A stretch of 64,000 nucleotides of DNA from contig NW_021836128.1 of assembly GCF_006345805.1 (NCBI RefSeq), positions 160,486-224,485 of the forward strand, in the 5' to 3' direction. Made by a program: the position numbers and the translations under genes. The notes beneath the pieces were generated by a model. It did no database searches. It saw only the letters and a program-made list of their open reading frames with translations, and was not told the origin of the DNA. Shown here one piece after another: positions 24,245 to 36,899 of the stretch; position 1 is the first letter of the stretch; each line of letters starts with the position of its first letter. The DNA is from Octopus sinensis. Lineage: Eukaryota.

Positions 24245-25640
24245 ATGGAGGATTCCGTTTGGTTTCTTCCAATTCCACTAATTCAGCCCCAGCATATTCT
24301 GGAATGTCATCGAGGGTGTCAATCATTCTTATTATAAAAACAGAGAACTGGAAAAATATTTTTCCAGCCAGTTCGAGGCCCTCCACTCCAAACTCAGCAA
24401 AGTGCACTCGCAGACCCCGCCACTCCCCCCAAAAAAGTGATAGGGAAACTGGATGCCCAATTTGTGCAGAAAAGACTGGGGGATTTGCATGTATGAGTGA
24501 TGAGGTGATGCAATTATTTCTCCCAGACCTCCACTCCGAAAATGCCTTTATCTTCTTCCACAGCGACAACAACTGGACTGTCCATCGTCTCCTGGCAGAC
24601 ATTGGTTGGCGGGGGTCCAAGAACTACTTTGTTGTGTCGAAGGTCTCCCACTGCAAGACCAACTACCTGCTGTCCTTCGTACTCCCCCATCGCCACCCAG
24701 ACCGAGTACTTCCCCCACAGTCCCCAATCACTGTCGAAGTCGTCCTCACTCAAAAGTTCCAGGTGTGTGCCAATTGTGACCACCAGTGCCAGTTCATCGT
24801 CCCCGTCGTGTCCTCCCACTTTGCAGTGTCGGGAATGTACTCCACACACGTCTTCCTCCCCAACGGGTCAGTCCGGGATTGGCTAGAACAAGATGAACGC
24901 CTTCTTCATCCGCAAAATGAGTGGACCGAACACTCCTCTCCCGTCCTCGGGTATCAACACGTTGGGTCTCCACATCCTCCGTGCCCTCGAGTAATTGCAC
25001 GCCCACGGACTGTTCAATGGCAATGTCCACCTCGGAAATGTCTTCTTCATCAACGGCATCTTCAAACTGGCCGAAACAGAAAGTTCCCTTCTGGGTGTCT
25101 CGTCTTTTCATCGACCTTTGTGCGTGAATCACGGCAGTATTAAGGTTGGTGGGAGTGTCGAGGTAGTCCGCTACCGCATTCGACGTGTATTTGTACGCAC
25201 ACATGCTCTACGAGGCTGCCATCGGGCGCATTCTCATGGAAACATTCGTCGACGTTGAGTCAGTCTACTTCAAAGACCAGGACTTGGGTAGACATGTCAC
25301 TCATTTCTAGTGCCCGTCCTCTCCGCCGTCCTGGGAAAGCAGACACTCAAGTCGGGCATTCCGTTATTCCAAAACTTGTCCAAATTCAAGTAGTGTGCGT
25401 TCTCACCCCACAGATACTACCGAAATGTGTCCGACGAGTATGTCTCCAATCCTATCCACGTCCCACCAAAATGCAGGGATTGCTCGAGGCCCACTCGGCC
25501 AGTTGACTGCAAAAAAAGGTAAGTATACAAACAAGGTGTCCTCACTTCCTCGAGAAGAAAGGAACAAAATATTATCTCGCCATAAAGTCTGTTTTGAGTG
25601 GAGAATTGACTAGAAACAAATTTCCTCGAAGGAGAGTAAC
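24245..25640 (+). CDS. PXK: PX domain-containing protein kinase-like (pseudokinase); one in-frame TAA and frameshifts
   Basis: LPPKKVIGKLDAQFVQKRL, FFHSDNNWTVHRLLADIGWRGSKNYF, ILRALE*LHAHGLFNGNVHLGNV, ESSLLGVSSFHR, HMLYEAAIG, LSAVLGKQTLKSGIP. Confidence 0.8.
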
Positions 25641-27612
25641 TCGGATGTGAAAAAGGAGTCTCCTGTCTTCCCTGCCCCCCATCCATCAATGGAATTGTCG
25701 AGGATACACCAAGACCCTTCCTTACCGATATTCGAAGGTTTCAAAAAGATTAATTTGGAATGTTCATATTTTATCATCATGGAAATTAAGTTTTTGCTTG
25801 CCTGAGATGGATGTGCCAGAACACTCGTGTTTTGGAGGATATGATTTGTCAGCAAAGGGGATTAAATAAGGAAATGACTGGAATAGCACACAAGTGTCAC
25901 TGAGAGATTACTTGTCGGTTAAAAAGGCCAAACCTAATTTTAAAAAAGAGCCTATCTGTTGTACTACGAACGACTCAGTTTCACCCGATTGAGTCTGAAT
26001 TGTCGCATTCGTAGGAATATCGAGCTTATAATGATCAGAGGACAATTGGTGTCCCACGATTAGAAGGGAATATACTGCGCGTGCTGAATTCTCCGTATTT
26101 TGCGGCCAAGCCTATTAGTTTTTGGCGATGGTCTTAAACATACAATGGATGCCGACATGGAAAACAAGGAAATAAATTAACATATTTTAAAGCAAAATTT
26201 GTTTAAATTGATATGTTTACTAAATTCATTGACCAACCTTGAGTGTTGATGGATGAAATAATTCCTGACATTCTTTTTAATAGTCCCATCGGAGTGTTTA
26301 GTGAGCAAATTGCAAGTATAATATATAATTATCGAGTCCTCCCACCCGAACAGCTCTATTGCCTGGCAGAATATGCTTTTCCCCTCCCTGCCTATTTGGG
26401 AGACAAATCTCAACATCACTTCCTCCTATTCTTCCTCCTCCAACACACCCCGCAAGGACAGACCAACGTTTTGTCAGTTTTCCCTTCCAGTACTGATTGG
26501 GTGTGGAGACTGGCGGCCATTTCCTCATTGATGGAGGGAAGTATAGCCAAATTCGTCATTGGGGGGAATAATTACGTGGATTATTTGTGACGGGATATTG
26601 TAGTTGCATTGAAATTGACATTTCAGTTGTCCACACTTTCTCGAATGGCCAGGGAAACCAAATTGAGAGAACAGATGGCCAGCATTTGGAGTAGAGTGAT
26701 CAATGTGATTACTCGGTTGATGAATTTAAGTTGTACTGCCACTACTTGGGGTGTGCTTTGGACTGTAAGCATATCTCCTTCCTCTACCACATCGCCCCCA
26801 TTTCAAATACCCAAATCTAACACCTTCTTATTAAACTCTCGAATAAAGTTCATTCTGTCACTGTCATCACTAAGCTCTCTCAAATCTCCAATTCTTATAT
26901 CAAATTTACTACCTTCACTTTGTTGGACATGTTCGAGTCTTCTGACAATATTTCAAACACATTTCCCACCAAAATGTATTGATATCTCAACCTGCAGTAC
27001 TCCTCATCTTTCACAAACGACTCAAACTCCTAAAAAAATATTTAAAACTAAAATTTGACCATTTTTTGAAATTTTTTTTCGCGCTGCTGGATTTGTGGTC
27101 ATCTTGGAATGCAAAAATACTCTTTTCTACACAAATAATAAAATCTCGAACTTTTCGTGGAGTGAAGGACTGTCGAATTACTCTCACGTTATTCTCCCTC
27201 CAAGAAACACCGGAAATAATACCCGTCGATCTATTGTGGACAAAAAACCCAATTTTTTTTATCAAAATCTTCAAATTGACTCAAATATCTATAAAATGTG
27301 AATCGTAGATTACTTCATATAGGCTTGTTTGATTTGGTGAGTTTCACATTCGTAATCCTTCATTTTCTCCCGAACAAAATGCCACTTTGTATCGCGGGAA
27401 ACCTTCTTTATTACACATTTTATGACCTTCTTATATCCTCCGTAGTTTTTTACCACTCGAAAAAATTCGTAGAAATCAAGTTCTTTTCCACCAAGCATAG
27501 GAGTTGTGGTTATCGGCGAAGCACAGTCTTCAAAAAACTTGTAGAAATGAGCCACAAACAAATCCTTGTGTTCTCGATCGCAATGTTCGTCAGAGGACGA
27601 GGAATAAGACAC
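25610..27612 (-). CDS. ARID2: ARID-domain protein, ARID2/BAF200-like; downstream exons interrupted
   Basis: PMLGGKELDFYEFFRVVKNYGGYKK|VSRDTKW...AYMK|YLSQFE with 24- and 25-nt introns; orthology beyond the ARID domain is weak. Confidence 0.6.
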
Positions 27613-27619
27613 AGACTTG

Positions 27620-28450
27620 AATAAATTAATCCATTTACATTGCTTAATTCAATCTGACTGTTTGTTTCTCCAGATTGGCCTAATAATTCGTTTTTTGACC
27701 AGTTTTCAGGGAGATTGTCCAAATCGTAATAAATGCAGGCCTTTTCGACTGCTTTGAACAAACTGGTATTCAACGGTGCCCTTTTCTTACTTCTATTGAA
27801 GGTAGACAACTCAGATTTATCCACAACCACACTAATTCTTATTCAATCCCTCTACAATTCATCGTTGTAAAATGAACAAACAAGAACTTGTGTCCCAACC
27901 AATCCTTCTCCCAAAGAATTGGCCAAATTTACACAAACCAGGCCAAGATGGGCCAATTCATCCTCTCCTGAGGGTTCTAGCCAAATTACGTCCCCGATGG
28001 CCACAGTCTCAGTCAAAGATGACTTTGGGGCACTGTGGTTAGAAATGAAGGGAAATAACCCAATTAGTTGTTTTTTACGGACAATTTTTTTGGGGGGATG
28101 ATTTTTTTCTTCGATTGGATTTTTGTCAATTTCAGAAAAATATTCAAATTTTGGTTCGTTTATATTTATGAGTTGTTTTATGGATAAAGTCCGCTCTTCT
28201 CTGTCATCAAAAACTTTTATTTTTTTAATTAGGGATAACCCACGGTATATTCACTCAGGTCGTAAAATTTGACTACACGGACTTCTCTCTCGCCTGTTCC
28301 GCTGGGATCTCGCACACGGATGAGAGAGGAGGGCTAGAATATAATGATGTTTATATTTACAGTTAAATTTCCTAAAATATGGTCTTTGTAGTCTACTTTA
28401 AATGTTTTTCCGTCTTTATCTTGTACCTTAGTTTAGTGAGGTTTGATTAG
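27620..28450 (-). CDS. Small multi-exon gene, possibly PWWP/Royal-family-like
   Basis: 26-27 nt GT-AG introns near 28325-28351 and 28200-28230; GDVIWLE...VLVCSFYNDE...FKAVEKACIYY. Confidence 0.3.
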
Positions 28451-28552
28451 GGTACGTTTATTGAAATTTAAAAATATTAAAAATTAATCATTGTATTTAT
28501 TTGCAAAATTTTTTAAGGTCAATAATAAATATAATTCTTTAATAACAGAACA

Positions 28553-29019
28553 ATGAATTCTGATATCAATTCAGATAAATTGGTTAACGAACAATACTTA
28601 TCTCTCGTTTATCGTTTAGATTGATGAACGCCTTCATCACAATTATCAAGAAAGAAAACGACGAAATAAAATAAAAAAAAGTTTTCAGAATCTGAATCAA
28701 ATCATCCCAAATTCAGACAGAAATGTAATTCTTACGTTTGATGTAAATAGATTTCTAGACGTAATCTTTTAAAGGCTTCTAAGCAGTACATATCGCTACT
28801 ATTTGAACGCTCGGATAGCTTAAGAATCAGCAACGAATGTATAGAAAATAAAATAAAACATCTTGAAAATATATTTTTTCGTTCTCCAGATTTAAAATTA
28901 GAAAACTTTTGCTTAAATGAGCTAATAAAAATGAACGAAATGAGGGAGCAATTAAATCAAGGTAATTTTGAATATTCACTAATTCAATAGAACATAATTT
29001 CAATGAAATAAAAAAATGA
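28553..29019 (+). CDS. MAX: Max-like bHLH-leucine zipper transcription factor, apparently intact, absent from the ORF track
   Basis: MNSDINSDKL|IDERLHHNYQERKRRNKIKKSFQNLNQIIPNSDRN|ISRRNLLKASKQYISLL...IENKIKHLEN; introns 28583-28619, 28725-28750 and 28962-28990; TGA at 29017. Confidence 0.75.
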
Positions 29020-29309
29020 TCTAAAAGTTTATTATCTTGATTAATTTTCTGTTAATTTTATTTGTGTATAAGTTCACACATAATTCTCATATCTAGTTTG
29101 AATTATTAGCATTTTTTAAATTCCGAAAGAATTACTTATTTCTTAAATCATGTTTAATTAGTTTCTTAAGAAATTTTAGTAATAAAAGATTAAAAATATA
29201 TTTATAAGCTAAAATTTATCTGGAACTCTTATTTTTTTAAAGAGCATTACGTTTAAATTTTGTAATTAGTTTTTATTATGACAATATTGTTTTTGATTTT
29301 TTATGTTTC

Positions 29310-29919
29310 AGACGGTCTTACATACACAGTATGGTTTTTGCTTTTTATATAAAATCTTGGCCTATCTTGGTCCAGATTTTTTGGTCAGCATCGCATACGT
29401 CGACCCGGGAAACATTGAATCTGATTTGAGAACAGGAAAGTTGGCGGGATATTAAGTGGTCCCTATTTCGCAATTTCTAGCTTTTGTGGCTGTTGTTGTT
29501 TTCCACAATTTTAGGTGCAGTTTTTCAACGACTGGCTCTCCGTCTGGGAGTTGTCACTGAAAAGGATTTAGCGCAGAACTGTCAATTATATTTGCCCAAA
29601 GCAGTAAATATAACAATGTGGATTGTGGGCTCGTACATGCAGGAAGAGATCGGGACCTCGATTGCCTTATATATTCTTTTTCCCAAAAGTAGTCGACTTC
29701 TGGAATGTCTAGGATCCCACTCCACTTATGATAACTGTTTTTGATACTTTTATTTTCTTGCTTGTGGACTGTTACGGATTCAGGAAATTGGAATTTCTGT
29801 TTGCTTCAGGGGTGTTGCTAATGGGAATAATGTTCGAATATTTGGTATTCTATTTCCCCTACCTTCAGTACATTGTGAGCGGCCCCAACCAAGAGCAAAT
29901 CATTCAAGGAATGTTCTAG
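29310..29919 (+). pseudogene. SLC11A: Nramp/DMT1 divalent metal transporter, N-terminal half only
   Basis: [60 protein letters not shown]; short deletion before VGSYMQ; stops at 29919. Confidence 0.85.
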
Positions 29920-30169
29920 CCACTTTTCAACAAATTTTGTGATCATTTTATATACTTAAAAAAATATTTGCAGAGTATTTTATTGGTGAATTTTTCAGTT
30001 TGTACGAATAGCCATGATCATATCAGAATCTTTAATAAATTCGGGTTTGATTGTTAAAGGGAGTCGAATACTGATAATTTTCAACGTTTCATATTTTTCA
30101 CACACAAAAAATAATAAAAAACTGTAAACATTTTGGACCGGAGAACTTGTCTAAACTGGACCCTGATAG

Positions 30170-30760
30170 GACCACGAAAATTGTCAGGTTTATGGAGAGG
30201 TTTGGTTTACCAAGGTTTTTATATTTATAAAAATCATCTTATCAGATGGACTTTAAATAAGATTCTATTTATTAAGAAATCTATCAGAATTTGTGAATAA
30301 AATTAAGTTTGTGAACTGTTTAGTATTAACTATTAATGCCTTTGTTATGAAGTTACAACTGTGGAAAGAAAAATTTGAACTGAATGATTTTATTATGTTT
30401 GAATCTTTTAAAAAATTTGCTAAAATAGATCAATTTGAAACCAAAAAATACTCGACCTTATTTATGCACATTTAACAGATATTCAAAAAAAGTAAATAAA
30501 TACTTTCCAGAATTGGCCAATTTTGATTTAAAATTAATTCGTACAGTAAATAAATACTTTTCCGATCCACGTCTAGTCGATGAAAATATTCAAGCGGCTT
30601 TTATTGATATAATCAATATTTTGATTACTAAAGAATTGTATGATAAACTTCCTTTGTCAGAATTTTGGTGAGAAATGTGTAATTTTTATCCTTTCGTAAG
30701 CGGATTAAATTTTTTGCTTATTTTCCGAGAACCTTCAGCACTTCTCAAAATAAAAGAAGA
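30170..30760 (+). mobile_element. hAT (Buster/ZBED5-like) transposase C-terminal relic
   Basis: INAFVMKLQLWKEKFELNDFIMF...YFPEL...LYDKLPLSEFW. Confidence 0.55.
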
Positions 30761-30805
30761 TGACTTGAAAAAAATGCATCAAAAAAACATCAACCTTCTC
30801 ATTAA

Positions 30806-30823
30806 TTAGGGTTAGGGTTAGGG
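30806..30823 (+). repeat. Interstitial (TTAGGG)3
   Basis: ttagggttagggttaggg. Confidence 0.9.
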
Positions 30824-30864
30824 TTTTTAATAATAAATTGTGTTTTTAAAAAAAATCTTTTTCT

Positions 30865-30927
30865 GGGAATTATTTTATTCGGTTTAGAGAGAGATCCGGT
30901 ATATTTAAATGCCGGTTAAGACCACTG
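30865..30927. mobile_element. Orphan pogo-like terminal repeat
   Basis: ...CCGGTTAAGACCACTG|TA with a GGTTTAGAGAG subterminal motif like the end at 39370-39401. Confidence 0.4.
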
Positions 30928-31556
30928 TACTTTTTATTTTCTTTTAATTATTATTAAACTAATTTTTAAAAAAATAACAGCCAATTGATTGTAACGTTAA
31001 CAATTGATTTAAGTATTTTAAACTTTGTAATACAGTTATTGCATAGATGGAAGAGGGAAGAAGCTCCCTACAGAAAAAGATCTCTGATGCAGTTGTTGAC
31101 TTTTTTGGCCTATCAGAAAATGGTTCAGACCAAGATTGGGACAATCGAAGAACTTATGAACAGGAGCTTCATGAGGGGAAAACACTACACAGGAAACCCA
31201 TTCCGTGAACAGTCCACACAGAAACAAACCATCTATTGTAGAATTGGCTACCCACAAAATACTAATGTGGACATTGCAGAGTATATTGTCCAGTCTAATA
31301 GCGAATGTGCAGAATAGAGGCACTCGAGACTGTTCCCTATTGGTCATGATTGTGTCTCATTCTCAGACTGCGGCCAAACACGTCGCCCGCCTGGTGGACA
31401 TATTTCTCGTCCGGTCGTCCCTCCTTCGTATTATGTACATGCACCAACTCAACATGTGTATGTCCTCGTGTGAGTGTAGTCTTCGATGCCCTCACATTAC
31501 CTGCGACCAGCATTCCGTCCTTCTTCTAGTGGAGGCCCTGTGTCGAAGGCCTCCCA

Positions 31557-32680
31557 ATGGGTGGAGTAATATACACAGAATGCATGGAAGGGGCAGAAAA
31601 CAGAGACAGGGCAGTCCAGTCATTCCGAGCTGTCTGCAAAGCCAATCCTGCTGCCTCCGTTTTTGAGGGACTATGTGACAAATATTTGGGTGAGTAGAAT
31701 GCTCATTCCAGTCTTGTCTCCTTCCGACGTGGTCAAGAAGGAGGCTGTTTTGCAATGCATGGGGTATTTAGCACAATCCACTGCAGTCACTGACCAGTTG
31801 TGTGAATGTGTCTTTCGTTCTTTACTGTCTCTGATGAGTGAGACCAATTCTGTGCGTGTCCTCGATGATTAGGACTGGATGGAGTCTGTTCAAATGTACT
31901 CCCAACATTACTCATTCGGTGTCAGGAGAGCATTTTCAGATATGATCGACTGTGGACTATAGTGGGCTATACTGGTGGGGAATTTATAGTTATTAATTCA
32001 TTCGAGGGTATCATTTATTCATTATTGGTAGAACTTGATCAATCACATTATTTAGTGGAGTGATCGTGTTCTCAGTCTGAAGGGGGAATTTCTCCCCCTC
32101 CTCGAAATGCTGAGTGTGTTGGAGCAAACTCGTCCCTCTGTATGCTACACTATTGGCATATTCCTCGACAAGTCCATAGTGCTGTATTCCAGAAATGGTT
32201 GTATTGTTATCACCAGCACAGAACTGAGAATTGTTCATAGACTGGCCTTGGAATTAATTGTGTGCTCTATTTGTTTGACAGTTTGGAACATGCCAAACTC
32301 AATGTTATTCTTTTGTGCCATTTTAGAGGAAATGTTTGTCCGTCTGCTGCGTTTTCTCTCCCTCGCGTTTCCGAGGAGTCCTCCGTGTCATTTTAAACTC
32401 AGTGGACGATCTGGAGAATGTCCTGCCGTACCTCTTTCACCCCAGATTGTGTAGTACCACATTCTGATGGTTATAGACAATGTTAACTATTTGTGAGCCA
32501 ATTATGACATTTTCTCGATTCCCGTGTCATTATGTGTCAATTTCCGTCCACTATACAGACTCATTAGTATATTCCGCCATCTTCCATTGTAAGAGATACC
32601 TCTCTGGTCTATTTTCAGTGTCTTCCAAACTATCTTCTCGAGTATTGATTTCATCAAAAAGCAGTTGGCGGCTATAAACC
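31557..32680 (+). pseudogene. MROH1: Maestro HEAT-like (MROH1-like) N-terminal fragment
   Basis: MEGAENRDRAVQS...CKANP..LCDKYL|...KEAVLQCM...LMSETNSV..DW...FLPLLEML..TRPSVCYTIGIF...LENVLPYLFHPRLC is collinear with the MROH1 N-terminus as recalled; stops and frameshifts. Confidence 0.45.
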
Positions 32681-32819
32681 ATGATTAAAAATTGATATAT
32701 CAATTATCATGTCATCTTCTGAACACAGCAAATAACACGTAGAGGGCTACTAAAAGTAGAGGGCCGTCAGAATAGTTAGATGATAGAGACTATGATGACT
32801 AGAAAAGTTTTGAAACAAC

Positions 32820-33000
32820 ACTCGGAACTTACAGAGAGATCCATTATCCCCCATTCTGTTTGTTATCTCTTTGGAAAAGGTACAAATATGATACCTTATG
32901 CAGGTAGTGGACTATTCGTTTTATTCAGATGAAATTTGATTTATTGCTGTGAGGTGAGATAAAGAAAAAAGGTGAGCAACGATGATGGAAGTGAATTATT
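32820..33000 (+). mobile_element. Small non-LTR reverse transcriptase relic
   Basis: LQRDPLSPILFVISLE followed by FYSDEI*FIA (degenerate QGDPLSP and YADD motifs). Confidence 0.35.
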
Positions 33001-33609
33001 GCATAATTAAAAAGTAGTGCCAATATCTACTAACATGAATCTTCCTAATTTGTTCGCAACCCTAATTTGTTGGTGTATAGTTCATCATGGGATGTCTTAT
33101 TGATATAAATAAAATTTATATTTATTAAAAATTGTTTAATTAGAATATTTTTAATGGCAAGCCTAATGGTAATAATTTAGAGCACGCTGATACACTTAGT
33201 TGATTTAGTTTGTTGTTGTTTTTATTTTTTTCTATATTGGTTTATTTCTATTGATTATGAAGGAATAATTCTTATGAACTTTAATTTTGTGATTATACAG
33301 TTTTAAATTTCATCATTTTTATATTTTATTTTGATTTATTCCTTTCAAGTCAATTTCTATTAAAATTTTTTTTTTATATTTGCCCTTTTATACTTTAATA
33401 TGACTTGATTATCATAATATTTATACATTCTAGTAAAATCAAAGAACAATCTATTATGTCACGGTCGGCTCATATGGGTGGGCGACACGTATGGCTATAC
33501 CCATTTATTTTTTAATTTTGATTGGCAAATATAGTATTAAATATTAATACAATATTAATTCTAAAATATTATGGCAAACCATCAAGTTTTATCATATTTT
33601 TCGAACCAC

Positions 33610-36600
33610 TTATTATTATTATAAAGCACTTTCGGAAAAGTCATAAGTTAATTAAGCTTTCCTTGTGCCACCATTGAAATTCTCCCGGTCATGCGTCTCC
33701 AGGCTCTCCGGTCAGTTGCGATCGTCCTGAGTGAGTCGAGATCATCGCCATTTTTCAGTTTTTATTAATTCCAGCTAGATCTTCATTTAGCGTGGTAGCC
33801 AGAGTGACCCTGGGTCTTCCACGGAAGTCTCCTTTGGAATGGGCAAAGTAGTTTTCCATCGCGATATTCGGCGGAGTGAGGCTGTCAAGTCTTAATATGT
33901 GTCCAAAGAGTCGCCATCTGGACTCCAGGATGTCCATAGAGATCGGTCTCGAATTGCATCTTTTGTATAGGGTGGAATTTGCTATTTTCCTTGAGAATTG
34001 CATGTTTATCACTCTTCTCAGTTGGTTCCGATGAAATCGGTCCAAATTGTTCATATCGGTCTTACTGATTCCCCACGTCGATCCATTGTACATTAGGACT
34101 GGGACAACAAATGTGTTGTATATTTTAAGTTTTGTCTTTGAATTTAGCTTCTTTAGGCGCCAGATGTTCATAAACTTATTGTATGTGGCAATTGATAGTA
34201 TTTTTCTGTGCATAATGTCTTCAGAGTCCCCTAAGAGAGATCCGACTTTTTTTTGTCTTCTCCAGGGCTCATCATGAGTTCGTTCAGATCGAATAAATTT
34301 CGTATGTTCAGTTTTATTGTGGTTGATTGTTAGAAACCATTTGGAAAAAATATCTGGTAATGTTTCGATAATAAATCGAAGGGTTTCAGCATCATCAGAT
34401 ACGAAGTCGACATCATCAGCATATATTATTTCGTTGTATTTAGTGTTGTCCACAAGAGGCCGAAAGTCTCTGAGTGCTGCTTCTAGGTAGACGATAAAGA
34501 GAACTGGGGACAGCGAATCGCCTTGTGGTATGCCCCGTGATGTGTAGAAATAGTTTGACACATTTTTACCAAGTTTGGTTGCTAATTGAGTGTTCTGAAG
34601 AAGCATTAGGATTATTCTGATGTCGTCATGATTTAAGAAGGTCATAAGTATTTCCACAAGTTTAGTTCTGTGAACAGAGTCGAATGCTCTGGACATATCG
34701 ATGCCGAGTATTTCAGTGCAATGTTTATATTTTTGGCATGTGGCAGCTGTCCATCTGTGAGTCCAGATCACATCAGCAGTGGACCTGCCAGTTCTAAAGC
34801 CACTTTGTCCCGGTGACAGAAAGTTTTCCACCTTGGTTCTTATCCTTTCTAATGCGATCAACGACAGTGTTTTCCGAAGCGTCGTTAGCAAAATAATAGG
34901 TCTTAGGCTGGATAGGGGTCCTTTTTGTTTTCCAGGTTTCTGTAGAGGAATTAACCATCCTTTGCCGAGGTCTAATGGGTTGTTCTGCTCAAATGCCTTG
35001 TTCAGGATATTTGCAGCGATTTCAGCAAACTTCATTGGCGCATATTTTACTAGTTCAGGTGGGATATTGTCCGGTCCCCCAGACCTGCCGGTTTTCAGTT
35101 TCTTCATTGCCTCCAATATTTCGTAAGTGGTTAATGGGGAACTTAGTGCCCCTACAGTATATGGGTAGGGTTTTGTATCCTGATTCATCCTCCCAGTTAA
35201 GCATTTTGTAGTAGTATTCAGATATAGCCTCTACCTTACTCTTGTTGTCAATGATAGCCGCTTCCGTGGTGTCCCAGACAGTGATCGAATTTTGCCTCTT
35301 TTTTTTGCTTAGCAGCCTCATTGCCATGAACATTTTCGTGTCGTCCTTTTGTTTTGTTATGTGTTGAAATTGCTCTTCTGTTTCTTTGTACATTAGCAAT
35401 TTCTGTGTTTTCTTGATATTTAGTAATATCATGTTCCGTAATTTTCGGAGTTCTCTTATTTTTTTCGGGTTGCTGGAGTTTTGTATTTTTAACCTCAAGG
35501 TTTTCTGCCTTTCTGAGAGGGAGCAAATCTCGTTATCGGAAATTTGTGTTTTTTTCGAGTGAGTCCAACAACATTTACAGCTGTCTTCTTCATTGCACTG
35601 GTCACTGCATCCCAAATCGCATTTGCAGGTTTTGTTGTGTCAATATTGTCGAGTTCTTCCTGTAGTTTGTCTGCATAGTTCTGTTTGAGTTTTTCATCAC
35701 GGAATAATTCAAGATTATAGCTTTCTTGTTCATCATGCGTAAGTTTTTTCAGTTTGTTGTATGTCTTGTACAGTCCGATGCTAGTGATTACTAGTTTGTG
35801 GTCACTATTTGTCTCCAGTCCCCCGTATGAACGTGAATCCACAAGTAGATGTTTATGGGCAGCTTTGCAGAGGATGTAGTCTATTTGATTGAATATAGGT
35901 ATGTAATTTCCATTTGAGTCCTTTCTGGTTCCAGTCCATGTTGTTTTGTGCCTGGCTGGATGACGGAATGCCGTGTTGCATAAGAATAGGTCTAAATAGG
36001 TGCAGAATTGGATCAAGGCAGTTCCAGGCACATTTCTCCGGTTTCTTCCATGGGATCCTATGCATGTTTCTCCGGGCCTGGCTTTCCCTGCTCTGGCGTT
36101 CCAATCACCAGCAATGAAACACATATACGAGGATCTGAGTGTGTTGTATAAATTTGTGAGAGTGGAATAGAATTCATCAAGTTCATCCGGATTAGCAAGG
36201 GCTCTGACTCCAGTTGGCGCGTACACATTAATGATTGTGACGAGGGAGTTCGGTTTCGTTCCCCATTTGATTTGGAGTACCGCAATCCTGTCCGAGACGG
36301 ACCACACCCGGGATATGTGTTCGTCCAGTTTTCTGTTGATTGCAAACCCAAGGCCGTAGTGACGACAGGTAGTTGGGAGGGTAATTAGTGTGTAATCGCC
36401 TATCTTCGAGCTTCCATGTTCAGTTATTTTCGTCTCTTGTAAGCAGCAGATGGACACCTTGCGTTGTTCCAAATCTCTTGTGAGTTGAAGTTGTTTATAC
36501 ATGGGATTGAGTCCTCTAACGTTTAGAGTGCCAATTGAGAACGGGCCAGCAGATATCAAGTGTGAGAAAGACATTGGTGCAATAGAGGCACGTCACCACC

Positions 36601-36620
36601 TCAACCGTCATCCAGCCATT
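33610..36620 (-). mobile_element. RTE-like LINE, essentially full-length single APE-RT ORF with three frameshifts
   Basis: APE 36574-35495 (IGTLNVRG, CLQET, VYAPT, GDWNAR, NQIDYIL, SDHKLV); RT 35188-33755 (GFRTGRST, IDMSRAFDSV, PQGDSLSP, YADD, RWRLFGHILR); C-terminus continues in another frame (LRTIATDRRAWRR); (TAA)n tail at ~33610-33622. Confidence 0.92.
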
Positions 36621-36899
36621 TCGTTTTAGGTTATCCTAATGAATTTTTTTAGATAAAATTTATGGTTAATTTTTAATAAAAACTTATTTTTATTCTAGAT
36701 TTTAAAGAATTGACTAATTTTAGTTAATCGAAAAATATGAATTCCATGTAGCCGCTCCCAGTCATTTTTATTGATAAAATAAGGATCATTTGTTCGCTAG
36801 ACAATATACTTATTAACATCAAGTCCATCGTACAGTGGATACTGCCGAACATTGGCATCGTTTTACTGTCTATAAATTAATTTGACGTTGAGACATTAA

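Noticed and set aside
28240-28330. GC-rich hairpin ending in CTAG, possible ncRNA or Helitron end
   Set aside because: CTAG is followed by A, and on the minus strand the segment is bounded by 26-27 nt GT-AG introns, so it is better explained as an exon
31046-32680. iRhom (RHBDF)-like gene
   Set aside because: Scattered motif matches were in conflicting overlapping frames; a collinear MROH1-like reading explains 31557-32680 better; 31046-31520 remains unassigned
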